Position numbers and translations under genes: made by a program. From assembly GCA_963770495.1 (NCBI GenBank), contig CAVYQA010000025.1, positions 1,792 through 65,791 on the forward strand: 64,000 bases of DNA, in the 5' to 3' direction. Positions 9,769 through 19,440 of this stretch are shown here, piece after piece; the first letter of the stretch is position 1, and every line of letters begins with the position of its first letter. The DNA is from Chitinophagales bacterium. GTDB lineage: Bacteria > Bacteroidota > Bacteroidia > Chitinophagales > CAVYQA01. The notes under the pieces were generated by a model that did no database searches, was not told where the DNA came from, and worked only from the letters and a program-made list of their open reading frames with translations.

Positions 9769-10709
9769 AGGTTCATACGCACCCTGATAATTTACCCGAA
9801 TTTAAAAACGCCGTTATCACCACCGGCACCTTTGATGGTGTGCATAAAGGTCACCAAATCATTATTGAGCATATCGTACAACAGGCAAAAAGAATTAACG
9901 GCGAAAGTGTGATTATCACCTTTGAGCCTCATCCCCGTTTAGTGTTACATCCCGAAGAACATAACTTAATACTTCTTACAACCCTGGATGAAAAAATTGA
10001 GAAAATAAGCGCCCTCGGCGTTGATCATCTTGTTGTATATCCTTTCACAATAGAATTTTCGCAGATGTCGGCAAAAGATTATGTGCACGACTTTTTGAAA
10101 GAGCGATTCAATCCTAAAATCATTGTCATCGGCTACAACCATAATTTCGGGCATCATCGCGATGGCAATATTGAATTGCTGCGTAAACTCGCTCCGGAAC
10201 TGCATTTTGAGGTGGAAGAAATACCACGCCAATTGGTTGATGACATTGAAGTAAGCTCAACAAAAATCCGCATTGCATTGGTTGAAGGTGATATTGAACG
10301 GGCTACACATTTATTAAACAGTTATTATTCTCTCACCGGCACGGTCACTATCGGCGATAAAATCGGGCGCACACTCGGTTATCCAACTGCCAACCTTTTC
10401 ATTGATAATGCTTACAAGCTTATACCCGCCGATGGCGTTTATGCCGCTTTTGCATATTTCAGGAACAAGAAATATAATGCTATGGTCAGCGTTGGCAATC
10501 GCCCTACTCTACAAGGCTCAACACATTTAATTGAGGCTCATCTTCTTGATTTCAATGAACAGATTTACGGCGAAAAACTTAAAATAGAATTAGTGAGTAA
10601 AATCCGCGACCAGCAAAAATTTGATTCATTAGAACTGCTGAAACAAAAAATTGACGGTGATAAAAAAGCCACCATTCCCATTCTGCAAAAAGCTACTGCT
10701 CACGGGTAA
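9765..10709 (+). CDS. ribF: Bifunctional riboflavin kinase/FAD synthetase
   Basis: GTFDGVHKGH, VSSTKIR, GRTLGYPTAN, IEAHLLDF. Confidence 0.96.
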   Translation: MKVHTHPDNLPEFKNAVITTGTFDGVHKGHQIIIEHIVQQAKRINGESVIITFEPHPRLVLHPEEHNLILLTTLDEKIEKISALGVDHLVVYPFTIEFSQMSAKDYVHDFLKERFNPKIIVIGYNHNFGHHRDGNIELLRKLAPELHFEVEEIPRQLVDDIEVSSTKIRIALVEGDIERATHLLNSYYSLTGTVTIGDKIGRTLGYPTANLFIDNAYKLIPADGVYAAFAYFRNKKYNAMVSVGNRPTLQGSTHLIEAHLLDFNEQIYGEKLKIELVSKIRDQQKFDSLELLKQKIDGDKKATIPILQKATAHG

Positions 10710-11146
10710 GCCATTGCTTTAAGCCGCTTAATAGCCGGCACTGTTATATATTTCACAACGTTTCCACTCGTATAGCTTATTACTGCTGCACCCGTCACTG
10801 CTACCGGCGACGCTTCCTTTTTTGGCTCTATAACCGGCATACGGTCTTGAGCACCCATTTTGCGGCGAAAAAATGCACTTGCGGTAATACGCAATGTATC
10901 GTTATTTGGTTTCAAGAATGACTTAACAGGTAAAACAAATCCATTCACCCACACTGAATCGCAGGTTACTGAGACGCTCTTTTTTATAAAATAAAAATTA
11001 TAATTTGTCCCCTGCCCCGACCCCGCAGCCCCTCCGCTCCAATCCTGCGACGTGGCATTTATAAAAATCAAATCCGGTTTAGTACCTATCTGTTTACAGG
11101 TTGCGCTGAAATACAATAACCAAATCACTAACAATAGATTTTTCAT
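10700..11146 (-). CDS. Hypothetical lipoprotein
   Basis: Signal peptide ending SATC; ATSQDWSGGAAGSG. Confidence 0.7.
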   Translation of the reverse strand: MKNLLLVIWLLYFSATCKQIGTKPDLIFINATSQDWSGGAAGSGQGTNYNFYFIKKSVSVTCDSVWVNGFVLPVKSFLKPNNDTLRITASAFFRRKMGAQDRMPVIEPKKEASPVAVTGAAVISYTSGNVVKYITVPAIKRLKAMAYP

Positions 11147-11200
11147 AAAATCTTATGACACTACTTAATTTTTAATTCCTGCTCAACTATTCAACACTTG

Positions 11201-11254
11201 CCCCTCTATTTCCAAGAGAGGGGCGCAGAGCCATAAGCCAAGCGGGTGAGTTAC
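11201..11254. repeat. REP-like element family A
   Basis: CCCCTCT..AGAGGGG hairpin plus CGCAGAGCCATAAGCCAAGCGGGTGAGTTAC; near-identical inverted copy at 34858..34896. Confidence 0.8.
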
Positions 11255-11255
11255 A

Positions 11256-12260
11256 TCAATGTAAAATACGATACACTAATTCTTTCAATAACTCTCCTTC
11301 AGAAACCGTGCCGCTATTAACGCCTTTAGAGCGCAAATCGTATTCCTGCAACAAACTAATCGCCCGCTCCGTGTGCAATTGGTTATATTTTTGCCCCGCT
11401 ATCCTGTATTCTTTTAAAAAGAACGGGTTAATGCCAAGCGTTGCAGCAATCTCTTTTTCAGAGCTGTTTTTTATCAAATGAAATATAAACAGCTTGGAGA
11501 AAAAACTGTAAAGTGAGCCGAGTGTCACAACAAGACGATTGTCATTCGGGTTAGAGGCAAAATAATCGGCGATGCGGTTGGCTTTTAAAATATTCTTTTC
11601 GCCGATGGCTTTATTCAGTTCAAACACATTGTACTCCTTGCTTATGCCGATGTTGCGCTCAATATCTCCCACATCAATCACTTTGCCGCTCTTTATGTTC
11701 AGCAGCAGCTTGTCCAGTTCATTGACGATTTTAGAAAGGTCGTTGCCCAAATACTCCACCAGCAATTCCTGTGCATCGGGCGATATGCGCGCATTCTTTT
11801 GCTGCAAATAGCCCGCAATCCATGCCGGCACCTTGTTCTCATATAATTTGTCCGAAGTAAAAACCACGCCCGTTGCCGCAATGGTTTTTGCAAATTTAGT
11901 GCGCTTATCCAGCTTGCCATGCTTGTGGCACAGCACCAGCAGGGTTGATTTCAGCGGCTTCTCAATATAAGGCAGCAGCTCCTCAAGCTTCTTCAGCTCC
12001 TGCGCCTCTTTAAGTATTATCACCTGGTAATTCGAGAACATCGGGTAGCGGCGGCAGGCATCATCCAACTGCTCCAGAGTAGTATCTTTTCCATACAGCA
12101 CCGTTTGGTTAAAATCGCGCTCAGCCGGTGTAAGCACCGTTTCCTCAAACAACTGTGTGAGGCGGTCAATGTAATACGATTCCTCTCCGTCGAGCAGGTA
12201 AACGGGCGAGTAGATCTTATTTTTTAGGTCGCGGTAAAGCTCTTCGTATTTCTGTGTCAT
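11256..12260 (-). CDS. holA: DNA polymerase III subunit delta
   Basis: PVYLLDGEESYYID, FNQTVLYGKD, IGISKEYNVFEL, DLRSKG. Confidence 0.95.
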   Translation of the reverse strand: MTQKYEELYRDLKNKIYSPVYLLDGEESYYIDRLTQLFEETVLTPAERDFNQTVLYGKDTTLEQLDDACRRYPMFSNYQVIILKEAQELKKLEELLPYIEKPLKSTLLVLCHKHGKLDKRTKFAKTIAATGVVFTSDKLYENKVPAWIAGYLQQKNARISPDAQELLVEYLGNDLSKIVNELDKLLLNIKSGKVIDVGDIERNIGISKEYNVFELNKAIGEKNILKANRIADYFASNPNDNRLVVTLGSLYSFFSKLFIFHLIKNSSEKEIAATLGINPFFLKEYRIAGQKYNQLHTERAISLLQEYDLRSKGVNSGTVSEGELLKELVYRILH

Positions 12261-12299
12261 AAATTCCGCTTAAATTTAACACTTCTTTTCTTTGCCGTA

Positions 12300-12746
12300 A
12301 TGAAAAAGGTCAATATCACTTTTCCACAGTATGCATTCAGGATGGAGCGCCGCAATGGTGTTGACTATATTTTTGACATCATCCGCAAAAAATTCGTTGC
12401 CCTCACGCCCGAAGAACAGGTGCGGCAAACCCTTATTCATTCTTTGATTCACTATAAAAACTATCCCCGCTCGCGCATTGCCGTTGAGATGACCATTAGT
12501 TTTAACACGATGGTGAAACGCTGCGACGTGGTAGTGTTTGATAAAGACGGCAAGCCCTGCCTCATTGCCGAGTGTAAAGCGCCTTCGGTTAAAATAACGC
12601 AAAAAGTGTTTGACCAGATTGCGCGCTATAACCTCGCTCTTAAAGTAAATTACCTGCTTGTAACCAACGGGCATGAGGTGTATTGTTGCAAGATAGATTT
12701 TGAAAATAAGACGTTTGAGATGATGGAAGAAATTCCGGAGTTGTGA
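12300..12746 (+). CDS. HsdR N-terminal-domain protein (stand-alone)
   Basis: DIIRKK..LTPEE.VRQ, RCDVVV, ECKAP, QIARYN, TNG; divergent from holA as is usual in Bacteroidota. Confidence 0.9.
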   Translation: MKKVNITFPQYAFRMERRNGVDYIFDIIRKKFVALTPEEQVRQTLIHSLIHYKNYPRSRIAVEMTISFNTMVKRCDVVVFDKDGKPCLIAECKAPSVKITQKVFDQIARYNLALKVNYLLVTNGHEVYCCKIDFENKTFEMMEEIPEL

Positions 12747-12754
12747 GTTGAGGC

Positions 12755-13027
12755 ATAAGGCGTAAGTGGTGTTGACAAGAACTTTGAACTTCCTGACAAT
12801 TAATTTTTTAATCGCCTGTTTTTCAATGCGCCCATGCATAACTGTCAGGAAAAGTTGTTGTCGGTTTCTTGTCGGTATTGTTGTCAGTAGTTGTACGGAT
12901 TTCCCATGTTGCGTAAACTGCTTTTCGGATAGCTTGTGGATTTGTTTTTGGTTTAGCATAAAATTTAGTTCGCCCCAAAATTAGCGGGTAACTAAAAGCA
13001 GTGAGAAAAGTTGGGACAGAAAGTTTG
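12755..13027. repeat. ~275-bp non-coding dispersed repeat, copy 1
   Basis: Aligns with 30769..31044 in the same orientation; internal IR TTCCTGACA (12790)/TGTCAGGAA (12843). Confidence 0.92.
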
Positions 13028-13038
13028 CGGAGCCTTTT

Positions 13039-13157
13039 AACTCCCCTCCTGTTTTTAGGAGGGGATAGAGCTGTGCGCGGAGGCGGGGAGGTTTTTTATT
13101 TTTACCTCCTCAGCTCTGCTTATGGCTATGCCTCCTCCTAAAAACAGGAGGAGAGCT
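13039..13157. repeat. Inverted doublet of REP-like family B (REPIN-like)
   Basis: CTCCCCTCCTGTTTTTAGGAGGGG... followed by inverted ...CCTCCTCCTAAAAACAGGAGGAGAG. Confidence 0.8.
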
Positions 13158-13356
13158 ACGTGCTTACTAAGCCTTGTAGTTTTACCCCACTTTTTTTCTT
13201 GTCAATTCTTGTCAAGAATGAAAAAGTGAGATTGATTATAAATTAATTATATATTTATTTATTACAACTGTGAAATGAGCATGCTGATTGGGAAATGAGT
13301 ATTCAATACAATAAAACGAAATAGGTACAAACTACACCGAGTGGGGTGTAATATTT

Positions 13357-13364
13357 ATCTTTGA
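13357..13364 (+). promoter_or_regulatory. -7 promoter element for cyclase/HEPN operon
   Basis: TATCTTTG matches TAnnTTTG, ~30 nt before ATG 13394. Confidence 0.55.
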
Positions 13365-13393
13365 TAAAGATAATTTATCTAAATAAAATTTAA

Positions 13394-14185
13394 ATGAGTA
13401 AAAAAGAAATAAAATGGGAAGAAAAAGCAAAAAGATTTGTTGCTTTCTTGGATATAATGGGGTTTAAAGATATGATGATGAAGACTAGTCACGAATATGT
13501 TTTAGATAAAGTAACAATTACAAAAAGATTAAAGGAATTATTGATTGATGGTACAAAAGAGGGTTTAGAAATGACAACTAATCTTAGGTCTTTCCAATTC
13601 TCAGATTCTACTTTCATCTTTTCTGCATCGGATACTGCACAAGATTTTTCCAATCTTTTACATCAATGTAGAATTTTATTAAGATTCTGTTTTGAATATA
13701 AAATACCTATTAAAGGAGCTATATCGCATGGAGTGATTACAGCAGATTTTAAGAATTCTATTTTTGTTGGTCAACCAATTATTGATGCATATTTACTCCA
13801 TGAAGAATTGCATATGTTTGGTGCTATTCTTGATCATAATGCTGAAAATAAATTAAATGAATTCATTTTAATTAAAAGGTTCAAAGAAGTAATAGAATTT
13901 GAAGCTATACAATATAAAACTCCAACCAAGAATGGAAGAATATATCATTATTGTATTAAATGGCCATTTTTATCATTTCCAACACCAAATAGTGAAAGTC
14001 ATTATGCGTTAGATTTAAAAGATAGAGAAACAATTAAAAAATTCTACACCACTGTCTCTGGTAAGCCAAGGATGTATGTAGATAATACTATTGAATTTGT
14101 TGATTTTTTAATTGGAGTAGAAAAAGAAAAACATCCAAATATTAAAGAATTTCCATTTCATTTAATTCATGATAAAAATAAATAA
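13394..14185 (+). CDS. Class III nucleotidyl cyclase-like (palm-fold) protein
   Basis: RFVAFLDIMGFK (first Asp), FSDS (second Asp), KGAISHG, GQPIIDAY; AT-rich. Confidence 0.7.
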   Translation: MSKKEIKWEEKAKRFVAFLDIMGFKDMMMKTSHEYVLDKVTITKRLKELLIDGTKEGLEMTTNLRSFQFSDSTFIFSASDTAQDFSNLLHQCRILLRFCFEYKIPIKGAISHGVITADFKNSIFVGQPIIDAYLLHEELHMFGAILDHNAENKLNEFILIKRFKEVIEFEAIQYKTPTKNGRIYHYCIKWPFLSFPTPNSESHYALDLKDRETIKKFYTTVSGKPRMYVDNTIEFVDFLIGVEKEKHPNIKEFPFHLIHDKNK

Positions 14186-14193
14186 TTTCGATA

Positions 14194-14973
14194 ATGAAAT
14201 TAAATAAAACTTTTTGGATAAATAATGAATTTATTAAACGAGGAATATTCGTTGAATCTTTTTCGGATTCTTCTGCAGAATTAATACAAAGGGCATACGA
14301 ACTCTGGAATCATGCTAAAGATATTTTAGAAAGCCATTCGACAAAAGATTTTTTATCTGATGCAATTTCTAATCTCAATAAGGTTATTGGATTGAGAATA
14401 AAATTATTAAATGATATTTATCATTTCAATCAAAGTCCATTTAAAACAAGGGACAAAAAAATATACAATCAGCTTGGGGAATTTGAAATATTAAGACCAA
14501 AACTAATTAATGAGATAACTACCTTTCGAAACAAAATTGAACATCATGATGAAACGCCACCTACGTTAAATAAATGCAAGGACTTTATAGAGATCTGCTG
14601 GTATTTTTTAAAAGCTACTGACTTACCTATTTTGCATATTAATGATAGTATATTATTTTGTTATGATGGGCAAGACCCTTATGGAATTGGAATCGAAATT
14701 AATTTCAAAAACAAATGGGAAATAAGTATTTCAGGATGTGTTAAACCATCACAACTCGTATCATTTAAAACCCAGGGGTTTATTGAAATAAATTTGGATA
14801 GACACGAAACTGCAGAACAATTATTTAATCGATTATCTAAAGGAAAAGGCTCATCTAAGGCTTTCTATAAAGAAAGAGAAATAAATCAAGAAGATATTTT
14901 TATAAATGGAATATTGTTACCTAATAAGGATGAGTTTAAGGAAATTGTCAGAAAATATTTCAAAGCAATATAA
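14194..14973 (+). CDS. Putative HEPN-domain protein
   Basis: Helical N-half with RNKIEH (Rx4H) motif; 8 bp after the cyclase-like gene; AT-rich. Confidence 0.6.
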   Translation: MKLNKTFWINNEFIKRGIFVESFSDSSAELIQRAYELWNHAKDILESHSTKDFLSDAISNLNKVIGLRIKLLNDIYHFNQSPFKTRDKKIYNQLGEFEILRPKLINEITTFRNKIEHHDETPPTLNKCKDFIEICWYFLKATDLPILHINDSILFCYDGQDPYGIGIEINFKNKWEISISGCVKPSQLVSFKTQGFIEINLDRHETAEQLFNRLSKGKGSSKAFYKEREINQEDIFINGILLPNKDEFKEIVRKYFKAI

Positions 14974-14994
14974 TTCCTTCTTTGCTGTGTAACC

Positions 14995-15101
14995 CCTTTC
15001 GCCGTTGGTTGGTGTTAGCGCAAGCAACAAGCATTGCCCACCAACAGCAGGGGGGTTTTATCTTCCCAATCTTTATTGGTGAAAAAACACCAGCAAAGGC
15101 G
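14995..15101. repeat. REP-like double hairpin element
   Basis: CGCCGTTGGTTGGTG...CACCAAC and TTGGTG-AAAAAA-CACCAGCAAAGGCG, with outer CGCC/GGCG complementarity. Confidence 0.6.
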
Positions 15102-15222
15102 CAAAGCGTTATGCTACCTCAACAATTAACGTTTAACAATTAACGATTAACTATTTTATACAACCAAAAGAAGAAAATACTAAATTCGCACCCTCAAACT
15201 TTTATAACCTACAAAAACCAGT

Positions 15223-17261
15223 ATGAAATATCTATTTATTGCCCTCACCATTGTGTGCGTGTTCGGCGCCTGCACACAAAAACCGGCTGCACCCGCCTAC
15301 ACAGCCATTGATGTGAAAGAATTTGACAGCACTTATAATGCCGGCGATGATTTCTTCGACTATGTAAATGCCAAATGGATAAAAGCCAATCCCATTCCTG
15401 CCTCGGAAAGCCGTCTGGGGCTCATTTAATATTCTTATTGACAGTAACAGGGCGGTATTGCACCGTATTCTTATTAATGATGCTAAAGACACTACTGCCG
15501 CAAAAGGAAGCGTAACTCAAAAAGTAGGTGATTTTTTTGCCAGCGGCATGGATACCGTTACCATTAACGCCGCCGGCTATAAACCTATTCAGCATTGGCT
15601 CGATTCGATTAATGGTATTAAAAATACGAACGACCTTATCCGTGTATTAGCGCAGGAGCACATTTACGGCAGACGGCGCCATTTTTAATTTTGGCGTTAC
15701 TCAGGATGCCAAGAACAGTGATAAGGAAGAAGCCGACATTGAACAAGGCGGATTGAACCTGCCCAGCCGCGATTATTATTTACGCAAAGACCCCAAAACA
15801 CAGGAAATCCGTGATAAATATCTGCGCTATATTGTTTCCATTTTTAAGCTTATCGGAGATGATGATAAAACAGCCACTGCAGCGGCAAATTCAATTCTTG
15901 ACATGGAAACACAATTGGCAACATCTTCACTCGACCGTGTTGTCTTGCGCGACCCCTATGCATCATACCACCTCATGACAATTGACCAGCTAAAAAAATT
16001 AACCCCGAACATTAACTGGGATATTTATTTCGCCACTATTCAGGGTCCTAAGTTTGATACGTTAAATGTCGGCGAGCCCGATTTCTTTAAGCAGGTGAAC
16101 AAAATGTTTACCGGAGTTAAATTAAACGACTGGAAAACGTATTTAACCTTTAGTGCAGTTAACGGATGTGCCGGTTATTTAAGTAAAGATTTTGTGGATG
16201 CTCATTTTGATTTCTATGGCAAAACTATGAATGGCGTTAAACAACAGCAGGCGCGCTGGAAACGGGTACAATCTGTTATAGACCGAAACATAGGCGAAGC
16301 GCTTGGGCAGGAATATGTAAAAGTTGCCTTTCCGCCCGATGCTAAAGCTAAAGCGCTTGACCTTATCAGTAATTTAAGAGCATCACTTGCCGAGCGTATT
16401 AAGGAGCTTACCTGGATGAGCGATAGCACTAAACAATATGCTTTAAAGAAACTTGCTGCTATAACTGTGAAAGTGGGCTATCCCGACACATGGCGCGATT
16501 ATTCCTCCCTTACCATTGACCGTGGCCCGTATGTGCTTAATGTAATGCGCAGTCAAAAATTTGAGTTCTATCGCGAGTTAAATAAAATCGGCAAACCGGT
16601 TGACCGCACCGAATGGGAAATGACTTCGCCTACAGTAAATGCCGGCTATAATCCTGCAAATAATGAAATTATTTTCCCCGCAGGTATATTACAGCCGCCT
16701 TTCTTCAGCCCCTTAGCCGATGATGCCGTGAACTACGGCGGCATTGGCGCAGTGATTGGACATGAAATGACACACGGCTTTGATGACCAGGGCAGGTTAT
16801 ATGACCTTCACGGCAATCTTAAAAACTGGTGGACAAAACAAGATTCAGCTAACTTTGTGCAACACGCTGAACTATTGGCAAAACAATTCAGCAGTTATGT
16901 GCCGGTTGATACCATGCACATAAACGGTCACTTTACGCTTGGCGAAAATATTGCCGACCTTGGCGGCATAACAATTTCATACTTTGCGTTTAAGAAAGCC
17001 GAAGAAAAAAATCCCGCTGATACTGAAAAAATTGACGAGTTAACTCCCGACCAGCGCTACTTCATAAGCTTTGCGCAAATATGGCGCGGAAACATAAGGG
17101 ATGAGGCGCAACGTCAGCGCCTGCTTATTGACCCGCACTCGCCTGCCAAGTATCGTGTAGACGGTGTTATGCCTAATGTGCCCATGTTTGCAAAAGCATT
17201 TGATGTGAAAGCCGGGCAGAAAATGGAAAACCCCGATAGCTTATTGGTTAAGATTTGGTAG
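15223..17261 (+). CDS. M13 (neprilysin/PepO-like) metalloendopeptidase lipoprotein; two frameshifts (~15414, ~15673), probably sequencing errors
   Basis: Lipobox-like FGAC, DDFFDYVN, VNAGY, HEMTHGFD, GENIAD, DPHSP; three ORF pieces join if one base is removed at each CAGACGG/CCGTCTG. Confidence 0.9.
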
Positions 17262-17287
17262 TAGTTTTTAAAATTTAATTATATTGC

Positions 17288-17320
17288 ACAGCCCTGTAGA
17301 AATGCAGGGCTGTTTGTTTT
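17288..17320. terminator. Intrinsic terminator between convergent genes
   Basis: ACAGCCCTG-TAGAAATG-CAGGGCTGT followed by a T-rich tail. Confidence 0.8.
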
Positions 17321-17351
17321 ACTTCACTTCCAACCTTACCGCAGACGAGGC

Positions 17352-19349
17352 TTATTCTTTTACAACTTTAAATATTTCGCTGGAAGAATTATTGCTAACC
17401 GATAAGAAATAAACACCGCCCGGCAATTCGCTAACATCAATAGTTTCTTTTTTGATTTCTGAATTATATAAAGACGAATAAACAACTTGTCCAATCACAT
17501 TTACAATTTCAATAGTATTAATTGATAACTGTTCGCTGTTCACCGTTAACAGTTCATTGGCAGGATTCGGATACACAGTCCACTGTCCCTTGTCAACCGT
17601 CAATTGATTAATGCCCGTTGCTGTTACGTCCATAGTATCAGATGACGTGCCACAGCCATTAGCTTCATTTGAAACAATAACAAAATAATTGCCGTTTACT
17701 GAAAAAATAAGGTTCTGGCTGGTATCTCCGGTTAAAATGGAATCATTATGATACCACTGGTTATCATACTCTGAACTTGAAGTTAGCGTATCGCCATTTT
17801 GGATAAATGTTGGTTTATTTGGAGAAGATGTAACTGAAACAGTTTCAGTATCTGTAACAGAACAACCAAATGAATTTGATCCTGTAACATAATAAATGGT
17901 TGAATTATTTAAATTAAAAATTACACTGCTGCCTGTTGAATCACTTAAACCTTCTGAAGGACTCCATTGATATGAAGTTGCTCCGCTGGCAACCAATTGA
18001 ATCGGTTGCCCCTGGCAAGTGGAGGCAGGTGATGGATTTATTTGCAGGTTGGGTAAGGTATCCACAGTAACTACTATACTTGTTGAAGCATAACAAACCG
18101 TACCGGATATGGAATAAGTAGTTGTGACTGTTGGTGTAGCGCTAACTGTTAACCCCGTACTGTCGTAATTTAAACTCGTGCCCGGCGACCATGAATAATC
18201 ATTTCTGCCCTTTGCAGAAAGGGTTATGCTTTGCCCGTAACATATGGATGGTGAAGCAGGATTGGTAGTAACAATAGGCGAACAGGGCGACAATTCTCTT
18301 ACCTGATTGTTATCGGCAAAATATACGTTACCAAATGAATCTATTATTATTCCTTGACCCCACTCCATAGAAGCTGTATCGGGATTGCCGTAATAATCTG
18401 AATAGCCGTACACACCATCACCGGAAATAGTGGTAATAGTATCATTCGGGTATACTTTTCTGATATAGTTTTTAAATTCTTCAACAATGTATAAATTATT
18501 AGAATCATCCACACCAATATCATACGCCCCTCCTATTTCAGCGTTGGTGGCAAGCCCGTCATCACCAGTATGCCCAACTGTGCCATTACCTGCAACTGTA
18601 GTAATAATACCATTGGTATCCACCTTTCTAACGTATCCGGCAGTACTTATATAAATATTGCCCTCGTTATCCGCTGCTACACCTGTGGGACCCCATATGC
18701 CGGCGTCAGTAGCAGGACCACCATCCCCATTATTAGCCGCAGTACCATTACCGGCAAAAGTGGTTATAATATCGTTGGTATCTATCTTTCTTACTACATA
18801 ATTATAATCGTCAGCTAAATAAAGGTTACCATACTTATCTGTAATAATTCCATATACGCCACTAATTTCTGCATCGGTAGCCGGACCGCCATCACCTGTA
18901 TAACCATCCGTTCCAGTACCTCCATAAGTTGTTATAATACCATTTTTATCTACTTTTCTTATGCGGCGATGATTCCAATCAGAAATATATAATACTCCTG
19001 AAGGTGCTATAGCTACTCCCAATGGTTCTGACAAACCTGCATCAGTTGCAGGTCCTCCGTCATTCAAATGATATGCAGTATCAGAACCTGCAACAGTAGT
19101 TATAATACCCTTGGTATTTACTTTTTGAATACGACTGTTCAGCTGGTCGCCTATATAAAGATTACCTGAGTCGTCAACGGCAACACCCCAGGGCGCAGAT
19201 AAGCCCGATGCAGTGGCTGGCCCGTTATCTCCTGTATCGCTGCGAGCTTCAATGCCGGCTACCGGCTCAATAACATAAGATTGTGCTCTGCTTACTTTAG
19301 CTGCAATTAAAAAAATTAGAACTGAGGGTAGTATAATTTTTCTATTCAT
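17352..19349 (-). CDS. NHL-repeat beta-propeller T9SS cargo protein
   Basis: GDGGPATDA/GIITTVAG repeats, Ig-like stalk, C-terminal VYPNPA...LPGGVYF..KVVKE CTD. Confidence 0.9.
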   Translation of the reverse strand: MNRKIILPSVLIFLIAAKVSRAQSYVIEPVAGIEARSDTGDNGPATASGLSAPWGVAVDDSGNLYIGDQLNSRIQKVNTKGIITTVAGSDTAYHLNDGGPATDAGLSEPLGVAIAPSGVLYISDWNHRRIRKVDKNGIITTYGGTGTDGYTGDGGPATDAEISGVYGIITDKYGNLYLADDYNYVVRKIDTNDIITTFAGNGTAANNGDGGPATDAGIWGPTGVAADNEGNIYISTAGYVRKVDTNGIITTVAGNGTVGHTGDDGLATNAEIGGAYDIGVDDSNNLYIVEEFKNYIRKVYPNDTITTISGDGVYGYSDYYGNPDTASMEWGQGIIIDSFGNVYFADNNQVRELSPCSPIVTTNPASPSICYGQSITLSAKGRNDYSWSPGTSLNYDSTGLTVSATPTVTTTYSISGTVCYASTSIVVTVDTLPNLQINPSPASTCQGQPIQLVASGATSYQWSPSEGLSDSTGSSVIFNLNNSTIYYVTGSNSFGCSVTDTETVSVTSSPNKPTFIQNGDTLTSSSEYDNQWYHNDSILTGDTSQNLIFSVNGNYFVIVSNEANGCGTSSDTMDVTATGINQLTVDKGQWTVYPNPANELLTVNSEQLSINTIEIVNVIGQVVYSSLYNSEIKKETIDVSELPGGVYFLSVSNNSSSEIFKVVKE

Positions 19350-19440
19350 GTAAATTTTTTATAAGCTGTAAATCTCCGAAATAGCTTTGACAAATAAAAT
19401 GCTTTAAACATGCTATTTTTAAACTAATTTTTAACCGCCA

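Noticed and set aside
12300-12746. Type I R-M system suggested by the HsdR N-terminal domain
   Set aside because: No hsdM, hsdS or helicase part; a stand-alone gene beside holA is normal in Bacteroidota
12276-12959. 227-aa antisense ORF starting MLNQKQ, paralogous to 29909..30976
   Set aside because: The similarity comes only from the DNA repeat, all counted substitutions are non-synonymous, and the remainder is the antisense shadow of a real gene. A short translated peptide is not excluded.
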